Source: Ranitomeya imitator (Eukaryota). Taken from it: 64,000 bases of DNA. The stretch spans positions 447,640,001 through 447,704,000 of the forward strand of contig NC_091282.1 in NCBI RefSeq assembly GCF_032444005.1, in the 5' to 3' direction. The position numbers and the translations under genes are program-made. Shown here piece after piece: positions 27,680-42,560 of this stretch (position 1 is its first letter; each line of letters starts with the position of its first letter). The notes under the pieces are model-generated. The model was given only the letters and a program-made list of their open reading frames with translations. It made no database searches and had not been told where the DNA came from.

Positions 27680-28080
27680 TACTCACCTGGGGAGCGGTCT
27701 GATGTGGCCTGGTCCAATGGGCGTTGCGGTCCGGGTCTGGCGCCTCCCATCTTCACGCGATGATGTCCTCTTCCTTGCATCCTGTTGCAGCTCCAGTGCA
27801 GGCTTACTTTATCTGCCCTGTTGAGGGCAGCGCAAAATACTGCAGTTCGCAGGTGCTGTGCTTCTTGGACCTTTCCCGGCCTCCTACGCACTTCACTTCA
27901 GTACTTTGCGCTTGTGACCACTCCTCCACCTGGGACGAAGCCCTCCCCCATCCCCCCTTCCCCCAGTAAGCAGAATTTCGGACTGTAAGAACCCCATTTG
28001 ACACTTTTTTTTTCCCCGTATTTTTCTTCTGAAAATTTGGGGTGCGTCTTATGGTCCGAAAAATACGGTATATAAAAACA

Positions 28081-28114
28081 CAACGCGTTTCTGCTCTGAA
28101 AGAGCCTTCTTTCT
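28081..28114 (-). ncRNA. Decayed minimal hammerhead motif
   Basis: Minus strand ...AGAAG-GCUCU(uuc)AGAGC-A-GAAACGCGUUG; the CUGA part of the core is lost. Confidence 0.4.
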
Positions 28115-28399
28115 TTAAAGACACACTGTTTCATAAGTATTAAGAGGGAAAGTTGTAGCCAGGTGCTTCTAATCAAATGTCCCTGACTAATTGTTTATTA
28201 AGGATTATGGCCACATCTATTAAAAGCAGAATTTTTTTTCTTTTTGTTGGTTTGGAGCATTCGGACGTGTGTTAACACAATGCCAAGGGGAAAGACATTG
28301 TGAAAGTCTCTCGCTCTCACCCCCTCTCTCTCTCATCCTCTTTCTCTCTCTCATCCTCTTTCTCTCTCTCATCCTCTCTATCGCTTACCCTCTCTGGAC

Positions 28400-28860
28400 A
28401 CAAGCTGTTCGGTATAAACCCTGGACGTTAAAGTTCGGGGTTCGCTCATCTCTAGTTATAAGGCAATTTCCAAACAATCTGAAGTTCATCATTCTAGAGT
28501 GTGAGAGATTACTCAAAGTGGAAAACATTCAAGAACGTGGAAAGTCATCCCAGCAAAATGCCCAAGACATACAGCTCAGACTATAAAGGGCTCAATTTAA
28601 ATGTAAATGATAGTACACTTAGAAGACTGAAGAAGTATGGCTTCTTTGGAAGGGACATGATATCATGACTTAAGTTTGAAAAGTTGCATCTGAACTAACC
28701 ACAAGGCTTCAAGTCATTGAATCTACAAGCTATTGATTCAAAGGGTGTAATTAATGATTCACTCATTGCTTCTATATTTTGGCCTAGTTTGGGGTAAATA
28801 AATAACACTGCAATTTATTTTGTGGTGTTTTTTATCTGAGGTTGTAGAATTCATACAGGT
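28400..28860 (+). mobile_element. Heavily deleted Tc1 remnant
   Basis: aaggcaatttccaaacaatctgaagttcatcattct (KAISKQxEVHHS) and agactgaagaagtatggcttctttggaagg (RLxKYGFFGR); boundaries approximate. Confidence 0.6.
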
Positions 28861-28924
28861 TTAACATTTGATTTTCTCATGACTAAATAATGATGAAATG
28901 GAATTCATTGATTTTAATACTTAG

Positions 28925-29104
<180 letters not shown>

Positions 29105-30866
29105 TAGAATGTTTATTGGCTCGGCTGTCCTAGCACAGGTACCAATATGGCTACATGTGTGCACTACGACACGAAGTAGCAGCATAGAAGCAAGAACATT
29201 CCAATAATGTGGTTTTTGACATGTGACACAAACTGCTGTTAAAATGATTGTTTTTATTGGCACCTCCCTATATTGTCAGAAAGGGACAATGCCATTGAAT
29301 GTATTGGATTATGGCTATTCATGCATTTCTCTAATATGTGGAGCTGTACGGTAGTTTTCAAATATCTGGCATAGATAGCATATGAATATATCCTTTAACC
29401 TGTCAATCTAAGTAAGTGGGGCAGGGAGAAGCCGGCAGGAACGTACCGCTGAGACTAGCTGCCAATTTCAGCTGTTTCAGAGCAAAATCTGCTTGTTTGT
29501 AATGAAGGAGCTGGTCTCTTAATCATTCTGCCTGTGGTTTAGGCAGCATGAATCATGATTGGTTCCCTTTAATCCACATGTCCTGTATATGATATTTCCC
29601 AGATTACATGGATTCAGGATATCCATAACATGAAGTTTATTCCTTCAAGCTATGACAAAGAAACATTAATTTTCATTGATGACGGCACTTACTATAAGGC
29701 TCTGTTCACACTTCCTTATTATAGTCACATCTGTAATGGCTTCGTTTTCAAAAAGATTTGGGTAAATCCTTGGGGAGTTATTTTGGAAGATGAAGATAAC
29801 ACTACAGACTGCATTTTACTTGTGATCAAAAATTGCAGGAGGCCGGACCCCTGAAAACAATTATGAACACGGCTAAAGTTACACTTATCAGCTGCAGTTG
29901 ACCACACAGATTGCTACTATGATTTGCCATTTTGGATATTCCATGCTACATTTCCCTGGGAAATGTGCTTGTATGTTCCGATACTTAGCTCTGGTATCTA
30001 AAAGTAGTGATTTTCCGCTTTTACCTATGTTTGACCCATTTAACAAAAACAGCTAAACATGCGCTAAAAAGTGCTTTTATTTTGTCAATTTAGTAAAATC
30101 ACAAAGACATGATGATTAAAAAAAAAACAGACTAAAACTCCATATGAGCTCATGTATAAATAGCCAAAACAGTGGTCCTCCCTAAAATATAGATCACAAA
30201 CCATATAAAGATACAAATGATACTAAATAGAGCAGAAAATAAAGACAATTTAGTATGTTTAAATATGAACATTCTAAAAGAAATAGTGGTACATGAGTAA
30301 CACATAAGCAAAACATAAAGTGCCCATAGTGTGCCAGTGTATTACAAGTGAACAGCGGGCTCACTTCCTACAGATGGCGATCTACTGGGGCGCTGAGCCG
30401 CTATATCTCCATCTACTGCTCACTGTACCCTGTATGCACGTTATGCCTGTGTGTTACTTATTTGGTGCTTCTGTACCAACATTCCCAATAGGGTTTTCAT
30501 GTTGAAATGTAATAGAGCGGAAGGTAAGGAGAATTTAGTGTCATTGTATTTTTATATGGCTCGTGTAGATATATTTTAGGGAGGCATTTTATTTTATTTT
30601 TGTGCACTGGCTTTGATTTTGATGGGTTTGGTTATGTTAAATTTGTGTATAGTTTTTTTGATTGGAACAAATGAAAAACCCTTTTAGAGTATTATCCACC
30701 CCATTTTTTTTTGTTCACAGGTTTATATATTTCATGTAGAAGTGCCCTCTTTGTTGTTTAAATGGTTGTTGCTGGACAATTATTGGCATAATTAATTCTA
30801 TAAATGACCACCTACTCTAGTATTTGTACTTTAAGATTGGGCACTGTATTTTGAGGTTGAAGTTAG

Positions 30867-31199
<333 letters not shown>

Positions 31200-33661
31200 T
31201 GAACCATATTTTTTTATATTTCTTTCAAATAAACTTTGTACATAACTTCTTCGTCAAGGAAACCATGCCGTACTTCTAGAGGACTTTGAACCTGACACCA
31301 TTAACCTTTTTCCAGGTTGTACATTTAGGTGCACAGGATAAATTAATACATTTTAACTACTAAGTATTGAAATGAAATCCCCTTTTGGCTGACACAGTCA
31401 CACTTTTAGTGCCTACTATACGAAGCGTTCAGGTTTGTCACAAAATGGCAGATCTGTAAAATGAGAAATTCCTGTTTTAACTAGTGTATAGCTCCTCCCT
31501 CCTCACAATTTTCCTATTTGATTTCACATTTTTCAGGAGATTTACTTGGGTTTGCTTGGAATGTATCAAGTGTGGTGTTTTATACATCAGTCTTATGCCA
31601 AATACCCACTGAGGTATTGTGTACCAAATTTATTAAGATGCACACCTGTTAATGAATTTGGCACATCTCTTGGCCATCCACGCGTGTAGATTTATGATAT
31701 AATTTACTTTTATACTTTGCCTTACTAAGCCTGCCCACTTTTTTTTTTTTAAAGAAAATTAAGGTCAACACCAAAGAGCAAAAAGCTTTGTGCTGCCAGG
31801 AAACTAGTACAGAGGGAATGAAAACTTACCCTCATGGTCTCTGAAAACATAGTAACACAATAACTCATAGGCCTTGATTCAGTAACTGGGGTGTCATATA
31901 CCAGTTTTAATGAGGACCTTGCATGACTAATATGCTTCACATTTATTAAATGGGTTGCCCACTCCTAGGACAACCCCTTCTTAATCTAAATGTCTGGCCC
32001 CGGTAAAATAATAAAGCCTATACTATCCATTGGTCCAGGGGCTGTGATGCGGTGGAATGACCCGTGATGCCTGACGCCCATTCAGCGCCGGTGTCACTGT
32101 CACCGCCTTGAAAAAACTGAACATGAAGAGGAAACCAGGGTTCAGCTATAGCTCTGGCTTCCTCTTTATGTTCAGTTCATACGAAGGCAGAGACAGTGAC
32201 GCCAGTGCTGATTGGGCACTGGGCATCACGTGTCACAACAATGAAGTCAGCACATTTTATTAGTGGCGTGCTCCTCAACGGAAATGTTACTGGTAAAAAA
32301 AAAAAGCCAGAACGTTTAATAAATGTTGTGGGCAAGTAATGCCCGATCCCAGTTCCACCCATTTTGCTGGAGCTGCTTGAAACTGTGTGAAGATGCCAAA
32401 AGTTGCAAAATTCTGAAAGAGTGTAGTTTTCAAAGAGTAATCTAATAAAAATATGTACCTAAGTACATGTAGGTACGCGCTGGATATTACTTAGGTACAT
32501 GTTTTTATTAGATTACACATTTTTCACCAACTTGGTGTGGAAGTTGGTTTGGTACCGCAGCAAGGATTAACAGCTTTTTAACACTTTCGCGCCACCATCA
32601 ATATACATTTTAGAGTTTTTAAAGAGTGTTTTACGCCAGTTCATGGCAAAAAAGCTTCGATGAATAGCTCCATAGTGCAGCATCTGGACCCATGTAACTT
32701 TTTATGGTGGAAATGCTGATAAAGAGTATATGTGAGAGAAACTGGTCACTTTGCTGCCCAGTGCAACTTTCACTTTATATATTGGTTAAATAAGTATTTG
32801 GTAGAACTTCAAAAAACAAAATCTGCATGTTTACTTACATTTCGGAAGAGGCCGGCGCTTCACTTGTTTTATCAGTAAGTGAGCAGATGTTTTCAAACAC
32901 CAGACTAAAAATGCCTATCAAGGGTTCGTTTATTGACTGAAAACCCTTCCCTGCTTATGTGGTTTTATTGGTGTCCAGGTTTGGTGCCCTTACTTGACCT
33001 GGCGTGTCCTCACATAACGTCACGATCTTTTCCCAGAATATAAAGGTTACTCATTTCTTAGAAACTCCAAGTCTAGTGTAATTTTTCGCAATTCATTTTT
33101 TTTCATTTGAAAGACTTGTACTTTTGAGTGCATCTGAAGGCAGATTTGAGAAAGAAGTGCTTTATATACTATGGACTGTCAGATCTGTACTTTCTGAGGT
33201 CACTGACATGTCACCGTTTATGAAATTGCTGTCACACAGCTTCTGGTGTAACAGTTTGTCCATTGGACTCTAATAGTGTTTTATAAGATCGAGACACAAT
33301 TGTACTGTTATAGGATAAAATAGACAATTTTGCAAATTCACCTACTTGTTGATATACAATGTTTCATGAACAAACCATTACATTTAACCGTAAGGACACA
33401 GTTGTTTTCTATCTTTTCATCTTTTCATTTGGCAATTATGATTGGTTGGATGTCCGCTAGACAGCTAATAATGCTTTCACAATTATATAATGGAATAATG
33501 TTTTTATGATCTCATTTCTGATTTAATTTATGTGCATTGTATAAACATTTTGGTGCTGGTAGTTAACTAACAAAAAGTTATTTTACAAGTTCTTGCTCTC
33601 ATTAATCTCATTTATTATTTTGGATCCACTGTGACCCTTTTTCACATTTTTCATATTTTAG

Positions 33662-33859
<198 letters not shown>

Positions 33860-33901
33860 TAGTTCTCAGCAAAGATATGGCATTTACTAAATTTGTTTTA
33901 A

Positions 33902-34265
33902 AGGGGTTGTCCTGTCCAAATCAATAAGTCTGCAGTCACTCTGTGTGAATGCAGAGTTATGAACCCCCATTGCACGCACTATGTGCTGCAGGCATACGCC
34001 GATTTCTGACCATGGACTGGAAGATATGTATGAGTTATACATACTCCTGGCCAGTGTCGTCTAGTAGTGTGGTCGACTAGAGGATGTGGCCTCGCTCTAT
34101 AAAGTTGTAAGTTGTGAGGCCACGCTCACTAGATGGGCCCTGGCCGGGAGTATGTAGAAGTCATACATACAGCGGTGCCAGATCACAAACTGGCAGCACA
34201 CAGTTCGTGCACTGGGGGGATTCATAAGTCACTGCAGACTTATTGATTTGGACCGGACAACCCCA
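33902..34265. mobile_element. Kolobok/T2-type MITE
   Basis: TTAA|aggggttgtcc...ggacaacccca|TTAA; palindromic throughout. Confidence 0.85.
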
Positions 34266-34977
34266 TTAAGGTCAGACCAGTAAAAGAGCAGGGCCTTCTC
34301 AATTAATTTCACATTGACCTGTCATAATAGTTTTTAATTGGGACCATAATGCTTGTCGAATACTAAAAGGGGTTGTCTCATGCTATGTCTTCATGAGCAC
34401 ACTGCTCCCCTGACTCCCAATTTCCTGCTTACTGAGTGGCGAGACTCAAGCTTGAGTGACCATTCAGGCCAGGAGCTTTGTTGTGCTGCTGGCCTGAATG
34501 GTCCTCTCTCCAGTGTTGCTATATGAAAGTGCGTTGCCTCTGTAGCATTGGCGGAGCACAGTGACACTGAAACTGTCCAGATCGGGAGTAAACTGTGTTC
34601 TCCAGCCATCCTAGCCAGGTTCAGAGCAGTATCCTAGACACAAGCAGCAAACTAGATAATAGAAGATCAGAGATGGGAAGCGAATGGCGGCAGATAGAAA
34701 AGGTAAGCTTGCACTGTCTATCATTCTTTTTTTCATTACATTTAGTATATGCTGGAAAAGCTACTGGTGAACATACCAAATATATACATAGGACCCAATG
34801 TACCCAGCATATGTGAAAAGGTTGTAATTTTGGATTTTCTTTTCTTTCTTATGTAGAGTAAAAAACAGTATTCCATATGGTATAGGTTTTTTTTTCCCTA
34901 TAAGGAGTCATTAGCCTTTGCCACTATGCCATTGAATGTTTCAACAGTGGTTTACTCCCAAAATATGTCTCTTAGAG

Positions 34978-35161
34978 CAGGGGTGTCAAACTGCATTCCT
35001 CGAGGGCCTCAAACCACGCGTGTTTTCAAGATTTCCTTAGCATTGCACAAGGTGCTGGAATCATTCTCTGCAGGTGATTAAATTATCACCTGTGCAATGC
35101 AAGGAAATCCTGAAAACATGACCTGTTTGCAGCCCTCGAGGAATGCAGTTTGACACCCCTG
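34978..35161. mobile_element. hAT-type MITE (184 bp)
   Basis: TIR caggggtgtcaaactgcattcctcgagg, and 8-bp TSD tcttagag on both sides. Confidence 0.92.
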
Positions 35162-35413
35162 TCTTAGAGAATGCAAAAAAAATATGAACTTACTATAGAA
35201 GTAAATGATATAAAATATTTAAAGATTTATTAAAGGTGATTACAGGCAGATGTTTTTATATGGTCTGGTGTGTTTATCTAGTGCATACTCTCGGCCTTAC
35301 ATTTGCACCCTTTATCTTGTAAAAAGATGTTTACTTGTAATATTCACAATTTGTTACTTTTCCATTGGGGAGTCTGTTTTCACTCGGTGCTGTATCCAGA
35401 GATTGTCATGTAA

Positions 35414-35704
<291 letters not shown>

Positions 35705-37199
35705 TGACATCATCTGGTGTAGATTCAGACCCCATTGAGGCACTTTCCTGTATCTATAAATGAAAAAATGTATTTTTATATGTAAACGTGATTTTATAGC
35801 CATGATATATATTTTTCTAATATACTTGGTGTGAATTCCCTTCTGGCCTTGAAGAACTCTGCTTGTAGTCATCAAATGGTAACCTTCATTGTTGACTTCT
35901 TATGGCTACAAATCTTTCCTGCTCATGTGATGGATACAAAGCTGCATAGCTCTGTGTTTGTCTTTTAACAAGCTGAATACGTTTCTGCTCTGCCCTGAAG
36001 TCACAGATTGGCTGCAGTGGTCACATGTGGTACACAGCACGTTATCACTGCAAACAAGTAAACATGGACCAGTGGGGAGGACCACCGCTACAGAGCTGGC
36101 ACAGCAGTGAGAGTACACATTCTTTTAATGTACAAAAAAAAAAAGAGAAAAAAGTCACTAATCATTCACACAACTTGAAAGGATAGCGGCACACGTCTCA
36201 CAATTACTCGGGAACTCTGAGTGCTTCACCAAATGCAAGATTTTTATGAAACTTCAAAGAGTTCCACTAAAAACTGCTTTTATTGCAGAATCATTACAAA
36301 ATGAATGCAGGTGCAAGAAACAGACAAAATACATTGTTTTATTTTATCACATTTCACCCATTGGGAAAAATTTGTCAAGAGCTCAGAAATCCCCTTTTAA
36401 TTTTTCATTATACAATTTATAATCTGTATTTTCTACATCCAGAAAAAAAATAGTAATATGTGTGGCAATAGAAAAAAAAAATATTATTTTATGTTACAAA
36501 GCTTTCTAACATCAGTTGTAAAATCCACCAAGAATATCTGGGTGACTTGTAGATATATACTGCAGCAACATGCTCCTTACATAATATTCCATCAGACTCC
36601 AGTTGGCAGAGCAGCGATAGCAGATAAAGTTCAGCAGTCGGTATGGTAAAGGTTGCCTAACTGCTCAGAGCACTAATATTGCTAGGCTATGTAAGGTCCG
36701 CCATCATTCAGTCCCCGCTATGGTATTGTAAGGTAAAATGTCAGCTTCTTGGGGTCTGTAGTTTCTGTTTACCTTTCAATAAATTAGTCAAGTTTTCAGA
36801 ATCACCCGTTCCCCAGGTTGGTTGGTTTTTATTTTTTTTATTTTTATTTTTTTTAATTCTTTATTAACCCATTTCAAGTCCATCGCTACATGTCAGTCGC
36901 TGCTCTCAGCCTGTTATTGTGTGCAGTGCTGATGTCACGTTGACAGCACTGCAGCTAATCGGTAAGCTCAGCAGCTCCGTGCTTCACGTTTGGCACTATT
37001 GCTGAGCTCAGTCATTGGTTGCAGTGCTATCGTCATGACGTCAGCGCTGCAGACAATAACAAACGCCAGGAGCAATGGTGGAGACATGCTGCTGGACCTG
37101 GGAAGGGTGAGTAAGGCTCTTAGGTTTTTTTTAGTTTTGTTTTTTAAATAAACTGCTGCTGGGAGGCAGGGGTTTTCAGAAACTGGAAAACCCTTTTAA

Positions 37200-37730
37200 A
37201 GGGAACCTGTCACCCCTAAAATCGAAGGTGAGCTAAGCCCACCGGCATCAGGGGCTTATCTACAAAATTCTGTAATGCTGTAGATAAGCCCCCGATGTAT
37301 CCTGAAAGATGAGAAAGAGAGGTTAGTTTATACTCACCTGGGCGGGCGGTCCGATCCGATGGGCGTTGCGGTCCGGGGCAGCCCATCTTCATAGGATGAC
37401 GTCCTCTTCTTGACTTCATGCTCCGGCGCAGGTGTAGTTTGTCTGGCAGAGCAAAGTACTGCAGTGCGCAGGCGCCGGGCCTCTCTGACCTTTCAGCCTG
37501 TGCACTTCAGTACTTTGCTCTGCCCTCAACAGGACAAAGTACGCCTGCACCGGAGCCGCAGCATGAAGACAAGAAGAGAACATCATCGTAAGAAGATGGG
37601 AGGCCCCGGACCGCAGCGGGACCGCCCCTGGATGAGTATAATCTAACCTCTTTTTCTCATCTTTCAGGATACATCGGGGGCTTATCTACATCATTAGCCC
37701 ACCAGCTATTTTGGGGGTGACAGGTTCCCT
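37200..37730. mobile_element. Kolobok/T2 MITE (agggaacctgtca family)
   Basis: TTAA|agggaacctgtcacccc...ggggtgacaggttccct|TTAA; same family as 56389-57024, with a deletion in the right arm. Confidence 0.9.
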
Positions 37731-37783
37731 TTAAGAATTTCAGAATTAATTTCAGGATTATATGTATTTTACCTGTCGTCTAG

Positions 37784-37960
<177 letters not shown>

Positions 37961-38009
37961 TAAAGTACATTCTCAGTCTTTTCAATTTGACAGTTTCCAT
38001 TCCTGTTAG

Positions 38010-38367
<358 letters not shown>

Positions 38368-38409
38368 AAACATAATTACCTTGGTACATATGGTATATTT
38401 TGGGCATCT

Positions 38410-39414
38410 ACAACAACCATAATCCTCTAAGGGGTATACCGAGCAGAGGATAAGAAGTGAAATGAACAAAAGTAAACGTTAAAATAACTATTTATTAATA
38501 CATAAATTAAAAAACAATGGGGACACAAAAATGTATAACACAATAAAGACACAAAATGGGACCTCCAAGTGATAAAGGGAGAGAAGAGCCAACAAAATAA
38601 ATAAATAAAGGATGTTACAGAATGGTATATATGCCGCATGGAATAGATCCCCCTCCGAAGCAGGGTATTAATATTCAATGGAATACAAGTGTGGCTACAA
38701 AAATATGGCTAGCTGAACTAACAGGTAACAGATATTATTACCTGTCGGGCGTCGGGAGAGCGCAGCCACTCACCGCTATATGCCTGCTTGATCCCAGGGC
38801 ACTGGCCCCTATCTCCTCCGCGGCTCTGCACAGGTAATAATATCCACTCTATAAAACGCCATCTACCTCTTCCAACCACTGATGCTGTGATTATATAGGG
38901 ATTCCAGTATTAGCCTCTTGAGTAGCTTTTTAAGCACCAGTGGTTCTCTGTACTTTGGAAATACCCCTTACCACCGCCCAGCTTTTTGGTTTCGTTATTA
39001 TATACACTATGTATGTGATGGCTCTGTAAGGTGGTTTAATTTACCTGTTAGTTCAGCTAGCCATATTTTTGTAGCCACACTTGTATTCCATTGAAAATTA
39101 ATACCCTGCTTTGGAGGGGGATCTATTCCATGCGGCATATATACCATTCTGTAACATCCTTTATTTATTTATTTTGTTGGCTCTTCTCTCCCTTTATCAC
39201 TTGGAGGTCCCATTTTGTGTCTTTTTTGTGTTATACATTTTTGTGTCCCCCTTGTTTTTTAATTTATGTATTAATAAATAGTTATTTTAACGTTTACTTT
39301 TGTTCATTTCACTTCTTATCCTCTGCTCGGTATACCCCTTAGAGGATTATGGTTGTTGTATATCCTTTGGAGTGACTTTTGAGCCACAAATACAAATTAG
39401 GACTATGATAATGG
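38410..39414. mobile_element. Second TSD-bounded foldback insertion (Penelope-like architecture)
   Basis: 15-bp TSD atattttgggcatct (38395-38409, 39415-39429); 320-bp inverted arms 38409-38728 and 39041-39360; 312-bp spacer; 54-bp unique extension. Confidence 0.72.
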
Positions 39415-39759
39415 ATATTTTGGGCATCTGTAAACAGTCAGGTTTGTCAAAGAAAATCTGTCTGCTCATTCCTCCCCCCAAACCAATTATTTGTGTGCGG
39501 GGTTATAAGAGCACAAGTGAATCAATACCTTTTATAAAACAAAAATGTTGCTTTATTGCATGGAGGTACACTTTAGAGGTGATATACAAATGAGGCTGGA
39601 AGTGCTTTGGGTGGGATGAAGCACTTCTACTGCCTCATCTCCCAGCTTTAGTCTCAGCCTAACTCCACTCCCAAATAGGCAACTGATATGCCAAAGCTTT
39701 GCTTTCAAGTGGAGTTAGATTGAGAATGGAATGCCAGTCTTGATAGAAATATGTCAGAA

Positions 39760-40130
39760 CACCCAGTACACACAACTGGCTGCGTATGTGCTGCATAACC
39801 ACAAAGTGGTCAGAGTGCCTTTGATACTTTGTGCAAAGTTCTGCTGGGTAATATAGAATCCTGGTTTACTTATTGATGCTATACTGGCACATACCAGTTA
39901 CCTAAACACTCACTTTGCCTCCAAATTACAAAGATCTCAATCTCTTCGATGTGCTTGAAACACAAGTCCAATCCATGGGTGCCCCAATTCACAAATTACC
40001 TGACTTAACTGCTCTGCTGCTAAGGTCTTGGTGCCAGACACTACAGAACACAATCTGAGGTCTTGTGGTGTACATGCCTTGACGGGTCAGAACTGTATTC
40101 TAGCCATAAGAAGAAATGGCCTGTCCACAG
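39760..40130 (+). mobile_element. Degraded Tc1 remnant
   Basis: ctcttcgatgtgcttgaaacacaagtccaatccatg (xDVLExQVxSM) and later SWCQxxQ / MPxRVRxV-like C-terminal motifs; boundaries approximate. Confidence 0.5.
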
Positions 40131-40518
40131 GTTCGGTGATCTCGTCTACCTTGGTGGGATGTGGACTGCTAAGACCCACACTAGTGGCTAGTATTTGGAC
40201 CCGTTTGTCTCTTGTCTGTAAGAACCAGCAGAACATGTGTTTGACTGGATCTGCTGTAAAAAAGATGAATGCTGTTTTCTGCTATCTTAGTCAGTCCCAT
40301 AGGGAAAGAAAGAACGGTACCCTGTTCTGGTGATCGGTGGAGTTCTCAGATGTCGAGCCTCCACCAATCTCAAAATGATACATTCTAGATCGTGGTGGTC
40401 CAACTTTTGAGAGCCCTGCCAATTGTTACCCAGATATACCTATAAAGTTATGGTTCATCCTTTTATATTGTTTAGTGATTTAAGTTAAGTTATTGTAGCT
40501 AGTTAATGGATAGTTTTA

Positions 40519-42538
40519 TCTAATATATAAAGCTGAATGTGTGTGTGTGTATGTCTGGGATTGGCATCTACACCTTTACAGCCACAAAATTTTTTACAGT
40601 CACACGTCTGGACCCCGAGAGCGTCATAGGCTATGTTGTGAGGCGAAATTTTAAACCCGCGCGTTCCAATTCACCAAACAATTTTGCCCCTATCTACATA
40701 ATGGTGAAAAAGTGAAAGGAAAAGTGTTGGAGGCAAATTGACAGCTGCCAGATGTGAACAAGGGGGACTTAGAGTGAGAGCGATGGCGCCAAAGAGTATA
40801 TACCGTACAGTTGCTAAGGTGTGGCCCCGACATGGGATACTCACCACACATGGGAATATGAACACACACACAAAATGCGCCACACACTACAACGTGCTTG
40901 AACACATATACCACCCTCAGCACACATTTCACCACACATACATCCACCTTGCCACATAAAAGTCGAAACACAAAAGTCGCCGCTCAAAACTCGCCACGCG
41001 CAAAACTCGCTACATGCAAAACTAGGCTCACGCAAAACTCGCCACACGTGTAAAACTCACCTCATGGAAAACTCGCCACATGCAAAACTTGCACACGTGG
41101 AAAAATTGCCACATGCACAAAAGTTGCAACACATGCAAAAGTTGCCTCACACAAAACTTGCACATCCTCAAAACGCACCACACATAAAACTCGCCATGCG
41201 CAAAACTTGCTGCACACAACTTGCTACACTAACCTGTCACATGCAACTCGACACACAAAAAGTTGCTACACGCATGTCGCCACACAAAACTCATCTCACA
41301 AAAGTCGCTACATGCATGTCGCCACACGCAACTCAACACACACAACTTGACAAATGAAACTCGCCCTAAAACACACACAAGTCTGGTATTATCCTTCAAA
41401 AATTAAAATCTGATTAATAAGCAGACAAACTACAAGAGCAACAAATGTACCATATAGGAAATACGGCAGCTGTCAGTCACATGACCTGTCTATTATGAGT
41501 ATGTGTGAGCTAATGTATACTGCCAGGGGGGAGGGCTTCCTGTTGGCTGGGGATTTATCAGGCTGCCAATTTAGCTTACAAATACTGAGGTAAAAATACT
41601 GACCAAATAACGTGTGAAAGCGGTCTAATACAGGAGGAGATGATATACAGATATATACAGGGGAGATGACACACAGGTATATACTATATACAGGAGAGAT
41701 GACACACAGGTATATACTATATACAGCAGGAGATGACACACAGGTATATACTATATACAGGAGGAGATGACACACATATATATATATACTATATACATGG
41801 GAGATGACACACAGGTATATACTATATACAGGAGGAGATGACATACAGGTATATACTATATACAGGAGGACATGACACACTATATACTAGATGACATACA
41901 GGTATATACTATATAAAAAAGGAGATGACACATAGGTATATAGAGGAGAAGATGACATACAGCAGGTATATACTATATACAGGGGAGATGACATACAGGT
42001 ATATACTATATACAGGATATGACATACAGGTATATAGTATATACAGAAGAGATGACATACAGGTATATACTATATACAGGAGGAAATGACACAGGTATAT
42101 ACAGGAGGAGATAACCTACAGCAGGTATATACTATTTACAGGGGAGATGACATACAGGTATATACTATATACAGGAGATGACATACAGGTGTATACTATA
42201 TATAAGGGAGATGACAAACATGTATATACTGAGGGGAAAATGAGAGGTGTGAGGTGAAAATGAGGGGTGTGAGGTGAAAATGAAAAGGTGTGAGTGCAAA
42301 ATGAGAGGAGTGAGGGAAAATAGTGGAGTGATCGGAAAATAACAGATGTGAGGTCGAAATGACAAGTGTTAGGGGGGGGAAAATAAGAGGAGTGAGGGGG
42401 AAAATGAGAGGTGTAAAGGAGAAAATGAGAGATGTGAGGGGGAAAATGAGAGGGGTGATGGGAAAATAAGAGAAGTGAGGTGCTATAACTAACCATAGAT
42501 ATTTACTATGCCCAGGCAACGCCGGGCTCTTCAGCTAG
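40519..42538 (+). mobile_element. Non-autonomous Helitron, family A, copy 2
   Basis: A|TCTAATATATAAAGCTGAATG...gcccaggcaacgccgggc tcttcag CTAG|T; reverse complement of 567-2700. Confidence 0.92.
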
Positions 42539-42560
42539 TGTATATAGATAGATAGATATA

